From a virus (lineage: Duplodnaviria; Caudoviricetes): a DNA stretch of 29,411 nt. The notes beneath the pieces are model-generated. The model saw only the letters and a list, made by a program, of their open reading frames with translations, was not told the DNA's origin and searched no databases. This document shows positions 1 through 9,084 of this stretch, piece after piece. The DNA is taken from the IMG/VR virus record IMGVR_UViG_3300035016_000041, one strand, 5' to 3'. How positions within the stretch are numbered: the stretch's first letter is position 1; each line of letters begins with the position of its first letter. A program made the translations under genes and the position numbers.

Positions 1-102
1 GGGCTCGACATTTCGCGCGGTGAGGCGCAACAGTTCCTGCAGCTGTTCGTCGCGCACGGCATCCTGACGGGCGCGGACGCGGAGGCGCTGACCAACGGCT
101 AA
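1..102 (+). CDS. 3' end of an upstream phage gene (partial)
   Basis: Frame 1 reads GLDISRGEAQQFLQLFVAHGILTGADAEALTNG then TAA at 100-102, with GC-rich third positions like the structural genes. Confidence 0.55.
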   Translation, partial: GLDISRGEAQQFLQLFVAHGILTGADAEALTNG

Positions 103-107
103 GGGGG

Positions 108-884
108 TCAGACCGTCGCTTGCTCGTCTCGCGGCGGTGCGGAACACGCACGGTGGAATCGCTCGCCGAACAGGCTCGTTGAGACGATGCCGGGGAAGTA
201 CCCTTGGTCGCGAACGCGGTCCGCCTTCCTCAGGTTCAGTTTGACGAATTCCGGCAATCGCTCGATCGCGGCGAAGTCGAGATGGTCGGCATCGGCAGGG
301 TCTACAGCGATGCTGCTGAGGAGCCCCAGCCGCTCCAGGTTGTCGATGTACGCATCCAGCATTGTCGGCTCGCTCAACTGCAGGCGGTGCGGGATCTCGG
401 ACACGAATCGCGTGGCGTTATACGCGCTGTGCTCCTCGGCGATGAACAGAACCGGCATGCTTCGGGACGTGGCGACCGTGGTCAGGATCATCGCCTCGTC
501 GCGCGTGATTTGACGCAGGATGTCGATGAAGGCCGGATGACGATGGACCGCATCTTGGCTCGCGTTGACGATCAGCGTTGCCCATAGCGATTGAAGGTCG
601 TCGTCCTCCACGTCGCCGGCAGATTCGAGCAACGGCAGCATGAACGAAGGCGAGACCACTCGGGCGGCGAGCGAGTGTCGCTCAAGCACCTGTTGGGCCC
701 TGGAGAAGATGCGAACGCGGTTCCGCCACCGCCAGTAGTTCAACTCGTCGGAAACGATGCCGCTCGCCAGCCGGAACGGCCGGTCAAGCAGCTTGCTAAT
801 CAAAGAGCAGGCCGTTTCGACCAAGGGCTTTGCAAGTTCCAATGCGGGATTGGCTCCGATGTTCATCGCGGTCTCGTCTTCCAT
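108..884 (-). CDS. Abi-alpha (DUF4393)-like protein
   Basis: Motifs PLLESAGDVEDDDLQSLWATLIVNA, HPAFIDILRQITRDEAMIL and YIDNLERLGLL resemble Abi-alpha/DUF4393. Start moved to ATG 884 because the upstream Arg-rich extension looks non-coding and TATAGT lies 7 nt upstream. Confidence 0.75.
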   Translation of the reverse strand: MEDETAMNIGANPALELAKPLVETACSLISKLLDRPFRLASGIVSDELNYWRWRNRVRIFSRAQQVLERHSLAARVVSPSFMLPLLESAGDVEDDDLQSLWATLIVNASQDAVHRHPAFIDILRQITRDEAMILTTVATSRSMPVLFIAEEHSAYNATRFVSEIPHRLQLSEPTMLDAYIDNLERLGLLSSIAVDPADADHLDFAAIERLPEFVKLNLRKADRVRDQGYFPGIVSTSLFGERFHRACSAPPRDEQATV

Positions 885-1075
885 TCTTGGCACTATACCG
901 ATGACAGATGATTGCCAGAACACGTGGCGTGAGCGAATCCGTCGCGAGCGGGCTCTGCGACAGGAGAATCGCCGGATATTCGGGATCCTGCGATGGCGGT
1001 TCTGGCTCGACGTTGCGTTGACCAAGATCCTTGATCGGTTCACGCGCCGCTAACTTCGCGAAGAGACGTTCACTC

Positions 1076-2977
1076 ATGGCTAAGGAATTCGGCCCCTACT
1101 ACGCGCCCGGCTACGTCGCCGTGTACAACCCCGCGATGCCGGGACAGGTGCGCCAGGTGTCGGGCACCGGTTCACCCGCATGGGTGACCGAATCGGCGAC
1201 GTTCACCGAGTGCCGCATCGCGCTGGTGCAGGTTGGGGCGACGGGCGTCTACTACGCCGACATCCCCGCGGGCCTGACGTTCGACCGCGACTATTCGGTG
1301 GGGGTGTACGACGCGGCGGCGACGACGTTCAGCCAGGCGTTGTCGGTCGAGACGTACGGGCCGGACGTGTCGCCCACCAACATCACGCAGGTCGACGGCA
1401 GCGCCGCCGCCGCACAGGGCTTGTCGGGGCTTGGGGTCGCGTACGGCTCTGTCGGATACATCCAGGTCAACCTCGCTCGCATCGCAGGCCAGCTGGTTAC
1501 GGCGTCGGGCCTCGTGACGTTCCCCGCTGGCACGATCAGCAGCTACGCCGGCGGCGACACGGCGGGCACTAGCGCGCTGCTGGCCCGCGTCACCGCCGCT
1601 CGCGCCGGCCACCTCGACAATCTCAACACGGGCGGGCTCATCGCCACCGCCTCGCAGGTCGCGGCCCTGTACAACATGAGCCGCGTGTCGCTCGACGTGC
1701 CGCCCCAGCTGCTGGTGCCTGTCGCTGGCACCAAGGCGTTCGCGGTCACCGCGCGGCTGTACGACGCCGACAGCGGCAACATGGCCGCGCCGGACGCGAC
1801 GCCGACGCTGGCCGCGACGCTCGGCGACGGGACGGACGTGTCGGCCCGCCTGTCCGCCGCGTCGCTCGTCTCGATTGGCGTCTACCGCTGGACGTACACG
1901 AGCGACAGCGCTCACGCGGTCAACGATCAGGTGCGGTTCGACGTGACGTTCGTGGAGGACGGCAGCGCGACCAGCCAAGGGGCGTCGGCGTTCACCGTCG
2001 CGGCCATGGCGGCCGACTTCACGGCGCAGGACCGCACGGACCTGTTGGCGACCAAGACCGACGCGGCGGGCCTGCGGGCGGACCTCACGACCGCGCGGGC
2101 GGCGAATCTGGACAACCTCGACGCGCCGATCCTGTCGCGCATGCCGACGTTCGTGTACACCGCGCCGCCGTCGGCCGCGACGATCAGCAGCCAGGTGGCC
2201 GCTGACCTTGCGGCCGCCCATGGTAACGGCGCGTGGGGCGCCGACCTGACCGGCCTGCCGACCACGACGGTGTTCAACACGGCGATCGGGCAGCTGCAGG
2301 CGGCGATCGGCTACAGCGGCGTGGGCGATGATACGATCAAGGAGCAGGATCTCCGGCGACCGAAGCTCGACGAGGTCGCCACAGCATCCGCCGTAGCCAC
2401 GGCCGCGGCGATCCTGCTCGATCCCGCCCAGAAGCTGTTCACGAGCACCGGTGGCGAAGTGAGGTCCGAGGGCCAGCCGACGCAGCCCGACCTCGCGTAC
2501 ATCCACACCTCGCTGGCCGCGATCTTGGGTAAGGTCAACCAGTTCGGTAGCAGCACGCTGACCCACGTCACCTCACCGGTGAAGGCGACGGGCGAGATCG
2601 AGATCGTGCAGGGCGATGATTACCTGGCAGCGAACCCCCTGACCCTGCCGTCGATCCGAAACTACATCGGACCGCAACTCGATACGGTGGTGCAGTTCGC
2701 GGTGATGACCGCCAGCGATTACGACAAGGCGGGCGCCAGTGCCACGGCGCTGCTGCAGGTCGAGGCGACGGCCCTGGCGACGACGGAGACGGACGGTACC
2801 ACCACACTGACGGTGACCGTGCCATTGACGGCCGCACAGACAGCAGCGCTGCCGTCGTCGCCGCTGCAGTCCCGTTACAACCTCGTCTACCACGTGCTCG
2901 GCACCGTTGTCGGCACCGAAGATAACTATTCGCCTTACATTGGCCCGATGACGGTGAAGCGCCGAATCGCGGTCTAG
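1076..2977 (+). CDS. Probable virion-associated protein (Ala/Thr-rich, beta-rich domains, BppU-N-like C-terminus)
   Basis: 633-aa ORF from ATG 1076 with strong GC3 bias; internal repeat TAARAGHLDNL / TTARAANLDNL; C-terminal IVQGDDY...VTVPLTAAQTAALP...GPMTVKR resembles BppU N-terminal-like domains. Confidence 0.6.
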   Translation: MAKEFGPYYAPGYVAVYNPAMPGQVRQVSGTGSPAWVTESATFTECRIALVQVGATGVYYADIPAGLTFDRDYSVGVYDAAATTFSQALSVETYGPDVSPTNITQVDGSAAAAQGLSGLGVAYGSVGYIQVNLARIAGQLVTASGLVTFPAGTISSYAGGDTAGTSALLARVTAARAGHLDNLNTGGLIATASQVAALYNMSRVSLDVPPQLLVPVAGTKAFAVTARLYDADSGNMAAPDATPTLAATLGDGTDVSARLSAASLVSIGVYRWTYTSDSAHAVNDQVRFDVTFVEDGSATSQGASAFTVAAMAADFTAQDRTDLLATKTDAAGLRADLTTARAANLDNLDAPILSRMPTFVYTAPPSAATISSQVAADLAAAHGNGAWGADLTGLPTTTVFNTAIGQLQAAIGYSGVGDDTIKEQDLRRPKLDEVATASAVATAAAILLDPAQKLFTSTGGEVRSEGQPTQPDLAYIHTSLAAILGKVNQFGSSTLTHVTSPVKATGEIEIVQGDDYLAANPLTLPSIRNYIGPQLDTVVQFAVMTASDYDKAGASATALLQVEATALATTETDGTTTLTVTVPLTAAQTAALPSSPLQSRYNLVYHVLGTVVGTEDNYSPYIGPMTVKRRIAV

Positions 2978-2985
2978 GCAAACCG

Positions 2986-3495
2986 ATGGCCGCAGATTCC
3001 GTGATGTGGGTGACGCGCACCGACGCGGCGGCCCTCGTCAGCCTGAGCAGCCGGCAGTTCGACGAGGTGATCCGTCCGAAGCTGCCCGCCGACGCCACCA
3101 AGGGCAAGGGCGCGGCCTTGCGGTTCAACGCGGCGATGGTCGTGACCGCGATCATTGCGTACCGACTGGAGAAGGCGCAACCGAAGTCGATCGACGGCGA
3201 CCCATTCATGGCCGGCGTCGACTCGCCGGCCCTCGAACGTTATCGAAAGGCTCGGGCCGAGCTTGTTGAAATGGACGTTCAGCAGCGGCGAAAAGACGTG
3301 GTGCGGCGGTCGGCCCTGCTCGACGCGATCTCGCCGGCGATCGCGGCCATGCGCGACGCCGGCCGCAAGCTCGCGCTGGACTATGGGAAGGAGGCGGGCG
3401 AGACCTATAACGAGGCGGTCGGGGAGTTCGAGTCCGTCCTGATCGACGGCCTGAAACGATTCGATGCTGCAGACGCAATCGATCCTGAAGGGTGA
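2986..3495 (+). CDS. terS: Terminase small subunit (Nu1-like)
   Basis: N-terminal wHTH-like (TRTDAAALVSLSSRQFDE), coiled segment SPALERYRKARAELVEMDVQQRRKDVV; directly upstream of TerL. Confidence 0.8.
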   Translation: MAADSVMWVTRTDAAALVSLSSRQFDEVIRPKLPADATKGKGAALRFNAAMVVTAIIAYRLEKAQPKSIDGDPFMAGVDSPALERYRKARAELVEMDVQQRRKDVVRRSALLDAISPAIAAMRDAGRKLALDYGKEAGETYNEAVGEFESVLIDGLKRFDAADAIDPEG

Positions 3496-5476
3496 GCTGA
3501 CGTTCGCCGTGCAACTGGCGCTCGGCATGCGGACGCCCGTGTTGCGGACGATCCTCGAGTTCGCAGAGCAGGAGATCGTCCTGCCCGACGGACCGCGGAA
3601 GGGACGCCGCTTTCAGGGGCGATGGCATCCGGCCGCCAAGCTGTTCTTGGCCGAGATCGACAAGGGCATCTGGTCCCGCGTGTTCTTCACCGGCCCCAAC
3701 CAGGACGGCAAGTCGCTGCTTCTGTCGATCATCATCTGCTACCTGCTGTTCGAGCGGGGCGAGACGGTCGTGTTCGGCGTCCCGTCGCTGGACATGGCCG
3801 AGGATAAATGGACGGTCAACCTCCTGCCGGTGATCAACGCGTCGCGGTACAAGGAGCTGCTGCCGACGACGGGTGGCGGCAGCCGCGGCGGCAAGTCGGT
3901 CACCGTCGAGTTCCGCAACGGCGCAATCCTGCGGTTCATGACCAGCGGTGGTGACGACGCGTCGCGAGCGGGTTTCACCAGCAACAACTTGGCCGTGACC
4001 GAGGCCGACAGCTTCGATGAGGTGGGCAGCGCCAGTCGGGAGGGCACGAAATTCAAACAGCTGGTCAAGCGGACGCTCGCCTTTCCCGAGACAGCCCGGA
4101 TCTTCAGCGAGTGCACGGTCACGACCGAGGACGGCCTGATCTGGCAGGAGTTCATCAACGGCACCGCGTCTCGCATCGCCCTGCCCTGTCCGCACTGCGC
4201 GGGGTGGGTGACGCCGGAACGCGAGCACCTCGTCGGGTGGCGCGAGGCCGACAGCGAGACGGCGGCGATCGCCAGCGCGCAGATCGCCTGCCCGGCGTGC
4301 GGCGTGCTCTGGACCAACGAGCAGCGGGTCGCGGCGAACCATCGTGCCGTTCTGGTGCACAGGGGACAGGTGGTGGGTCCGGACGGCAACGTCTACGGCG
4401 ACCTGCCGCCCACGAAGTCGTTCGGCTTCCGCTGGACGGCCGTCAACAGCATCCTGAGCCCCAGCCGCCTCCCGAACGTCGGCGGCGAGGAGTGGAAGGC
4501 CCTGCGAGCGACCGACGAGGGAAAGGCCGAACTGGACCTGCTGCAGTCGCAATGGGTGCGGCCGATCAAGCCGGTACAACAGGACGTGCACGGGTTTGAC
4601 GAGGACTCGATCGTCCGTCGGACGATCAAGGGACTGGCGCAGGGCATCTGTCCCGACGACACTGAGTGTGTGACGATCGCCGCCGACGTCGGCCAGCGGC
4701 TGTCGTACTGGAACGCGGTCGCATGGCGGACGGGTGGCGGGCCGCACGTCATCGCGTTCGACGTGATCGAGGTCCCAAGCGACATCATGGCCATCGAGGA
4801 GGCGATCCTCCTGGCCTTCCGCGACTGGCGGGACGCCGTGGCCACCCGTCAATGGACCGTTCGCAACGGCACGATCGCGGCAAGCGTCGTGTGCATTGAC
4901 GCCCGTTGGCCCGGCAGCACCAACGCGATCTTCCAGTTCTGCCGCGAGAGCGGCGAGTGGTACTACCCGACGCAGGGTTACGGGGCGACCCAGCGCCGCG
5001 TGCGTCGACAGAAGACGAAGCTGATCGAGGCCGGCGACCATTACGACCTCGTTGAATCGCTCGCGACCGGTGACCAGTTCATCGACGTGAACTCGGACCA
5101 CTGGAAGTCGTTCATGGCGGCCCGGATGGTCACGCCCCTCGACCGACACGGGGCCATGACGGTATTCGACCCGACCGTCGGCCTCGTCGATCGCGCCGCC
5201 GTACAGCGCGAATTGCTCCGGCTTCGCACGTACGCCAAGCACCTGACGGCCGAACGCCAGCGGTACAAGTTCGACCCGCGTTTGGGCAACGTGTTGCAGT
5301 GGCACCAGGTCCGCGAGAACAACCACTGGGGCGACGCCTTCGAGTTGGCCTGCGTCGCCGCTCACAAGGCAGGCGTGCGGCTGCTCGAATCGATGCCGGG
5401 CGAGCAGCCCCCGGCCGTCCAGGCCGGCGCGGCCCCGCAGCGTTCGTTCGTCAATTCCTATAAAGGGATGTACTGA
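3464..5476 (+). CDS. terL: Terminase large subunit (lambda GpA family)
   Basis: Walker A GPNQDGKS, Walker B-like AVTEAD, CPHC...CPAC zinc motif, nuclease-region ADVG, CIDAR and C-terminal NHWGD; start may instead be ATG 3528. Confidence 0.93.
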   Translation: MLQTQSILKGELTFAVQLALGMRTPVLRTILEFAEQEIVLPDGPRKGRRFQGRWHPAAKLFLAEIDKGIWSRVFFTGPNQDGKSLLLSIIICYLLFERGETVVFGVPSLDMAEDKWTVNLLPVINASRYKELLPTTGGGSRGGKSVTVEFRNGAILRFMTSGGDDASRAGFTSNNLAVTEADSFDEVGSASREGTKFKQLVKRTLAFPETARIFSECTVTTEDGLIWQEFINGTASRIALPCPHCAGWVTPEREHLVGWREADSETAAIASAQIACPACGVLWTNEQRVAANHRAVLVHRGQVVGPDGNVYGDLPPTKSFGFRWTAVNSILSPSRLPNVGGEEWKALRATDEGKAELDLLQSQWVRPIKPVQQDVHGFDEDSIVRRTIKGLAQGICPDDTECVTIAADVGQRLSYWNAVAWRTGGGPHVIAFDVIEVPSDIMAIEEAILLAFRDWRDAVATRQWTVRNGTIAASVVCIDARWPGSTNAIFQFCRESGEWYYPTQGYGATQRRVRRQKTKLIEAGDHYDLVESLATGDQFIDVNSDHWKSFMAARMVTPLDRHGAMTVFDPTVGLVDRAAVQRELLRLRTYAKHLTAERQRYKFDPRLGNVLQWHQVRENNHWGDAFELACVAAHKAGVRLLESMPGEQPPAVQAGAAPQRSFVNSYKGMY

Positions 5477-5736
5477 TGCTCACCCCCGAAGAGATCGACG
5501 CGCTGCCGGACTACACGCCCGCGCAGGAACTGAAGCTGTACCGGCACATCCGCCGGCGCATCGCCGAGGGCGGTCAGGCGATCGGCCATACCGGCAAGCA
5601 ATGGCAGCAGGTCGACCTGAAGGCGCTCGACGCGATCATCAAAGACCTGGAAGAGAAGGTCGCCGCCAATCCGCCGGCAGAGGAGGCGTACATCGACCCC
5701 AGCATCGAGCTCGCCATGTTCGGTCGCCCGCGGTAA
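5476..5736 (+). CDS. Head-tail joining protein (gpW-like)
   Basis: 86 aa between TerL and portal; pattern GGQAIGHTGKQWQQVDLKALDAIIKDLE; start overlaps TerL stop. Confidence 0.75.
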   Translation: MLTPEEIDALPDYTPAQELKLYRHIRRRIAEGGQAIGHTGKQWQQVDLKALDAIIKDLEEKVAANPPAEEAYIDPSIELAMFGRPR

Positions 5737-5744
5737 CCACCACC

Positions 5745-7181
5745 ATGTCATACAACGACAGCATTCGAACGCGGCTCGACGACGCGTGGGGCACGGGCAC
5801 GATCCTCGGTCCCGATGGGCTGCCAGCGCAGTCGGTCGCGGAAGATCAGCGCCACATGCGCAATCGTTCCCGACACCTCACGCGCAACAACGCGCTGGCG
5901 TCCAGCGTGCTGCAGCGGTCGAGCGAGAACGTGATCGGCACCGGCATCCGCCTGCGGTCGACGGCCGAGGGCATCTTCAAGGACAAGATCAACGATCGGT
6001 GGAAGCGGCTGGTCGACGGGAAGCTGTTCGACGTGCGCCGCACGTTCAGCTTCGACCATATGCAGGACATGAATTACACGGGCAGCCATCGCGACGGCGA
6101 TTCCGCCTGGCTGTTGATCGATCGCGGCTACGGTCCTGAAACGCAGTTGCTGGAGGGCGACGCCTTCGAGACGCCGCCCGGCTACTACGACCGCAACATC
6201 GTCGACGGCGTCGAGTTCGGTCCGTCCGGCGCGCCGGTCGCCTATTGGGTGAGCGAGCTCGGGCCCGGCCGCATGCGTCGTCCGAAGCGTCTGCTGGCAC
6301 GCGACGTGATCTTCATGCCCCGTACGGGTGGCCGGTACAACGTCACCCGCGGCATCCCGTCGTTCTACGGCCTCTACTCGCTCTTCGAACAGATCATCGG
6401 TGTGCTGGACGCGGCCGTGGTGGCCATGCGGGTTGGCGCGTCGCAGGCCCTGATCGTCACCGTGAAGGGAAAGCGGCCCACGAACGCCCGGGATTCGATC
6501 GTCCTCGACGCCGCGGGCAACCCGGTCCGCGGCCGGGTGATCGAGCCGGGAATGATCAACATCGTCTATGAGGGCGAGAGCGTCACGTCGTTCAACCCCC
6601 AGCACCCCGGGACGAACTTCACCGATGCAATCCGCACGTTCTGCCGGTTCGTCGGCCTGCGGTTCGGCCTGACGCTCGAACGCGTGCTGCTGGACTTCAC
6701 GAAGGCGAACTACTCGGTGAGCCGGTCGACGGCCCTGCAGGAGCAGCGCACCAGCGACATCGAGCAGTGGCACTACAACGCCAGCGTCTTCGCGAGGCTC
6801 TGGCCCTGGCTGGTGAGCAAGTGGGTCAAGGCGAGCGATTGGGTCGGGCCGGTTCCCAACGACGCGTGGGCCTACGAGTGGACGCCGACGGGGCGACCGC
6901 TGACCGAGCCGTCGAAGGATGCGCCGGGCATCGAGAAGCTGATCGCGATGGGGATCGAGGATCCGATCTCCTACCTGACCGAGCGAGGCATGGATCCCGC
7001 CGTGGTCTGCCAGAACTTCGCGATCTGGAACAAGCTGCGGGCCGAGAACGGTCTGCCCCCGATCGGCGTCGCTGGTGCGGCTGGCACCACGCCGCTGCAG
7101 CTGCCTGAGCCTGACGACGACGAGGATGAAGAAGACGAAGAGGACGACGCCGACGCTGACGACGAGGAAACCAACCGATGA
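5745..7181 (+). CDS. Portal protein (lambda family)
   Basis: MRNRSRHLTRNN, NVIGTGIRL, IVDGVEF..G.PVAYW, RGIP, DFTKANYSVSR; start taken at ATG 5745; acidic C-terminal tail. Confidence 0.93.
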   Translation: MSYNDSIRTRLDDAWGTGTILGPDGLPAQSVAEDQRHMRNRSRHLTRNNALASSVLQRSSENVIGTGIRLRSTAEGIFKDKINDRWKRLVDGKLFDVRRTFSFDHMQDMNYTGSHRDGDSAWLLIDRGYGPETQLLEGDAFETPPGYYDRNIVDGVEFGPSGAPVAYWVSELGPGRMRRPKRLLARDVIFMPRTGGRYNVTRGIPSFYGLYSLFEQIIGVLDAAVVAMRVGASQALIVTVKGKRPTNARDSIVLDAAGNPVRGRVIEPGMINIVYEGESVTSFNPQHPGTNFTDAIRTFCRFVGLRFGLTLERVLLDFTKANYSVSRSTALQEQRTSDIEQWHYNASVFARLWPWLVSKWVKASDWVGPVPNDAWAYEWTPTGRPLTEPSKDAPGIEKLIAMGIEDPISYLTERGMDPAVVCQNFAIWNKLRAENGLPPIGVAGAAGTTPLQLPEPDDDEDEEDEEDDADADDEETNR

Positions 7182-8431
7182 GCAGGAACATCGCCAACAC
7201 GCCCGCGGCCAAGGCTGCGCTGATTCAGTCGATCTCGGGCCAGTGGGTCATGAGCGAGCCGCGCGTTCGTGAGCTGGCACGGCGCATCGCCAAGGACGTC
7301 GCCGGCGATGGCATGCAGACGCCCGCGCCCGGTCCGGCCGGGTACACGGTCGCCGACGGCGTGGCCCGCATCGACGTGATCGGCGTCCTGACGAAGTATG
7401 AGACCTGGTGGGACGACTATTACGGCCTCTGCGCCGCCGACCGCATTCAGGGCCTGGTCGACGCCGCGTTCAACGATCCGGCCGTGCGCACCGTCGCATT
7501 CGTGATCGACAGCCCCGGGGGCATGGCCGCCGGCACCGTGCAGCTGGGCGACTTCATCCGCCGCCGCGCCGACGCCACCGGAAAGGCGACGATGGCCGTC
7601 GTGTCTGACCAGGCTGCCTCTGGCGGCTACTGGCTCGCCGCTGCCTGCGACACGATCGTCGCCAACTCGATCGCCGAGGTCGGCAGCATCGGGGCGTTCG
7701 AGCTGTGGACCGACGACACCAAGTTCTGGGCGGACCTGGGCATCACGTTCACCGTCGTCAGTTCCGGCGGGGTGAAGGGTGCCGGCGCCGATGGCTCCGT
7801 GCCGCCCGAGCTGGTCGCCGAGTCGCAGCGGGGCGTCGACGCCCTCTATGAGCAGTTCGTCGCCTGGGTGGCCACGCGTCGCCAGATGAGCGACGCCGAG
7901 GCCCGGGCGCTGGCCGACGGCCGCGTGTGGATCGCGGCCGAGGCCGTCACCAAACGTTTAATCGACCGAGTTCAACCACTAGACGCGGCGATGTCCGCGG
8001 AGAAAGAAAGGATCGCCAATATGGACCGCGAACAATTCATCGCGTACGTCGCCGCTCACCCCGACCACCTGCAGGAGGTCGCGCAGCCGCTCGTCGACAA
8101 GGCCATTGCCGCGACGAAGCCCAACAACGCCACCGCCAGCGAGCTGAAGGCGGCGTTCCCGGAAGACAAGGATTTCGTGATGGACCGCCTCGACATCGAA
8201 GCGCCCATTGCCGAGCACAAGGTCGCCTACGCCGACCACGTGAAGGCGAAGCTGACCGCGGCCGGTCAGAAGAACGACGAGCTGCAGAAGAAGATCGGCG
8301 AGATCGACCCCAGCCACGCGGGACACGGCTCGGCCATCAACACGCCCACAGGCGATCAGCCCGCGGTTTCGTCGCTCGCACGTATGAACGAACTGCGCAA
8401 GCAGCAGGGCCTCCCTGCAAAGACGGCCTGA
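7178..8431 (+). CDS. Head maturation protease, S49 (gpC/SppA-like)
   Basis: IDSPGG, AASGGYWLAAACD, VGSIG, DGRVWIAAEAV..RLIDRV; ATGA overlap with portal stop. Confidence 0.92.
   Translation: MSRNIANTPAAKAALIQSISGQWVMSEPRVRELARRIAKDVAGDGMQTPAPGPAGYTVADGVARIDVIGVLTKYETWWDDYYGLCAADRIQGLVDAAFNDPAVRTVAFVIDSPGGMAAGTVQLGDFIRRRADATGKATMAVVSDQAASGGYWLAAACDTIVANSIAEVGSIGAFELWTDDTKFWADLGITFTVVSSGGVKGAGADGSVPPELVAESQRGVDALYEQFVAWVATRRQMSDAEARALADGRVWIAAEAVTKRLIDRVQPLDAAMSAEKERIANMDREQFIAYVAAHPDHLQEVAQPLVDKAIAATKPNNATASELKAAFPEDKDFVMDRLDIEAPIAEHKVAYADHVKAKLTAAGQKNDELQKKIGEIDPSHAGHGSAINTPTGDQPAVSSLARMNELRKQQGLPAKTA
8021..8431 (+). CDS. Probable nested in-frame scaffold protein (Nu3-like)
   Basis: In-frame ATG at 8021 just after the S49 domain, preceded by purine-rich AGAAAGAAAGGA; helical 136-aa product; same layout as lambda C/Nu3. 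Confidence 0.55.
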   Translation: MDREQFIAYVAAHPDHLQEVAQPLVDKAIAATKPNNATASELKAAFPEDKDFVMDRLDIEAPIAEHKVAYADHVKAKLTAAGQKNDELQKKIGEIDPSHAGHGSAINTPTGDQPAVSSLARMNELRKQQGLPAKTA

Positions 8432-8556
8432 TCTGTGGCAAGGGCCTTGTGCATCGTGCACTTGACCCTAACGCGTAGCGTAAAGTGAGGCTCCTCGCCT
8501 CACGCATTCCCGTCAGTCTTCCAGCGTCCACTAACTTTTGAGATCGGAGAACAGTC

Positions 8557-8964
8557 ATGCCCACGGAACTTGAATCGTTCGCGATGAACAAGCTCGAGCC
8601 GGCCGTCTTCCCCCACGATGCCCGCCTCGAAGCCGCCAGCCTCGGGCCGAGCCAGACCCTGTTGAAGGGTCGCGTGCTCGGCAAGAAGATCGCCGACAGC
8701 AAGCTTTACCCCTACGCGTCGGGTAACGCCGACGGGACGCAGGTCCCGGTCGCGATCCTGACGCACGACACCGTCACCGACGCCAACGGCAAGCATTATC
8801 TCGGCACCAGCGGCGTCGCCAGCAGCATGAACCTGCCGCACGGCGACGGCCAGGTCTACGTCGCCGGCACGTTCCACGCGGCCGACCTGATCGGCTGGGA
8901 CGCCAACGCGGCGACCGTCATGCACGCCCGCGTGCTGCCGAGCGGCGACATCCGCATCCCGTAA
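8557..8964 (+). CDS. Head decoration protein (gpD-like)
   Basis: GQ-like TLLKGRVLGK, ADGTQVPVAIL, VYVAGTF; located between protease and capsid; GGAGA upstream. Confidence 0.85.
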   Translation: MPTELESFAMNKLEPAVFPHDARLEAASLGPSQTLLKGRVLGKKIADSKLYPYASGNADGTQVPVAILTHDTVTDANGKHYLGTSGVASSMNLPHGDGQVYVAGTFHAADLIGWDANAATVMHARVLPSGDIRIP

Positions 8965-8968
8965 TGGC

Positions 8969-8984
8969 GTGGCCGCGCGGCCAC
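8969..8984. repeat. Perfect 16-bp palindrome GTGGCCGCGCGGCCAC between gpD and gpE
   Basis: Read directly; begins 4 nt after the gpD stop. Confidence 0.7.
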
Positions 8985-9084
8985 CCGTGTCACCATTACC
9001 AATCCGACGCGGTCCGACCCTCAGCGAGCCATCCGGCTCGACGTGGGCACGGCGACGTCTTGCCTTGAACCGGAGTAACCAGTC

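Noticed and set aside
885-1043. N-terminal extension of the Abi-alpha-like ORF
   Set aside because: Arg-rich low-complexity translation; a -10-like hexamer supports ATG 884.
885-1075. cos packaging site
   Set aside because: Plausible for a GpA-type terminase, but no convincing cosN dyad or R-site repeats were seen; needs terminus mapping.
3206-5365. 719-aa minus-strand ORF
   Set aside because: Antisense shadow of the terminase gene caused by high GC3; no motifs.
5601-5744. Longer portal start
   Set aside because: Overlaps the gpW-like gene in another frame and reads as non-protein-like; ATG 5745 fits better.
8462-8486. TTGACC...TAAAGT promoter before gpD
   Set aside because: Spacer is only 13 nt, too short for a sigma70 promoter.
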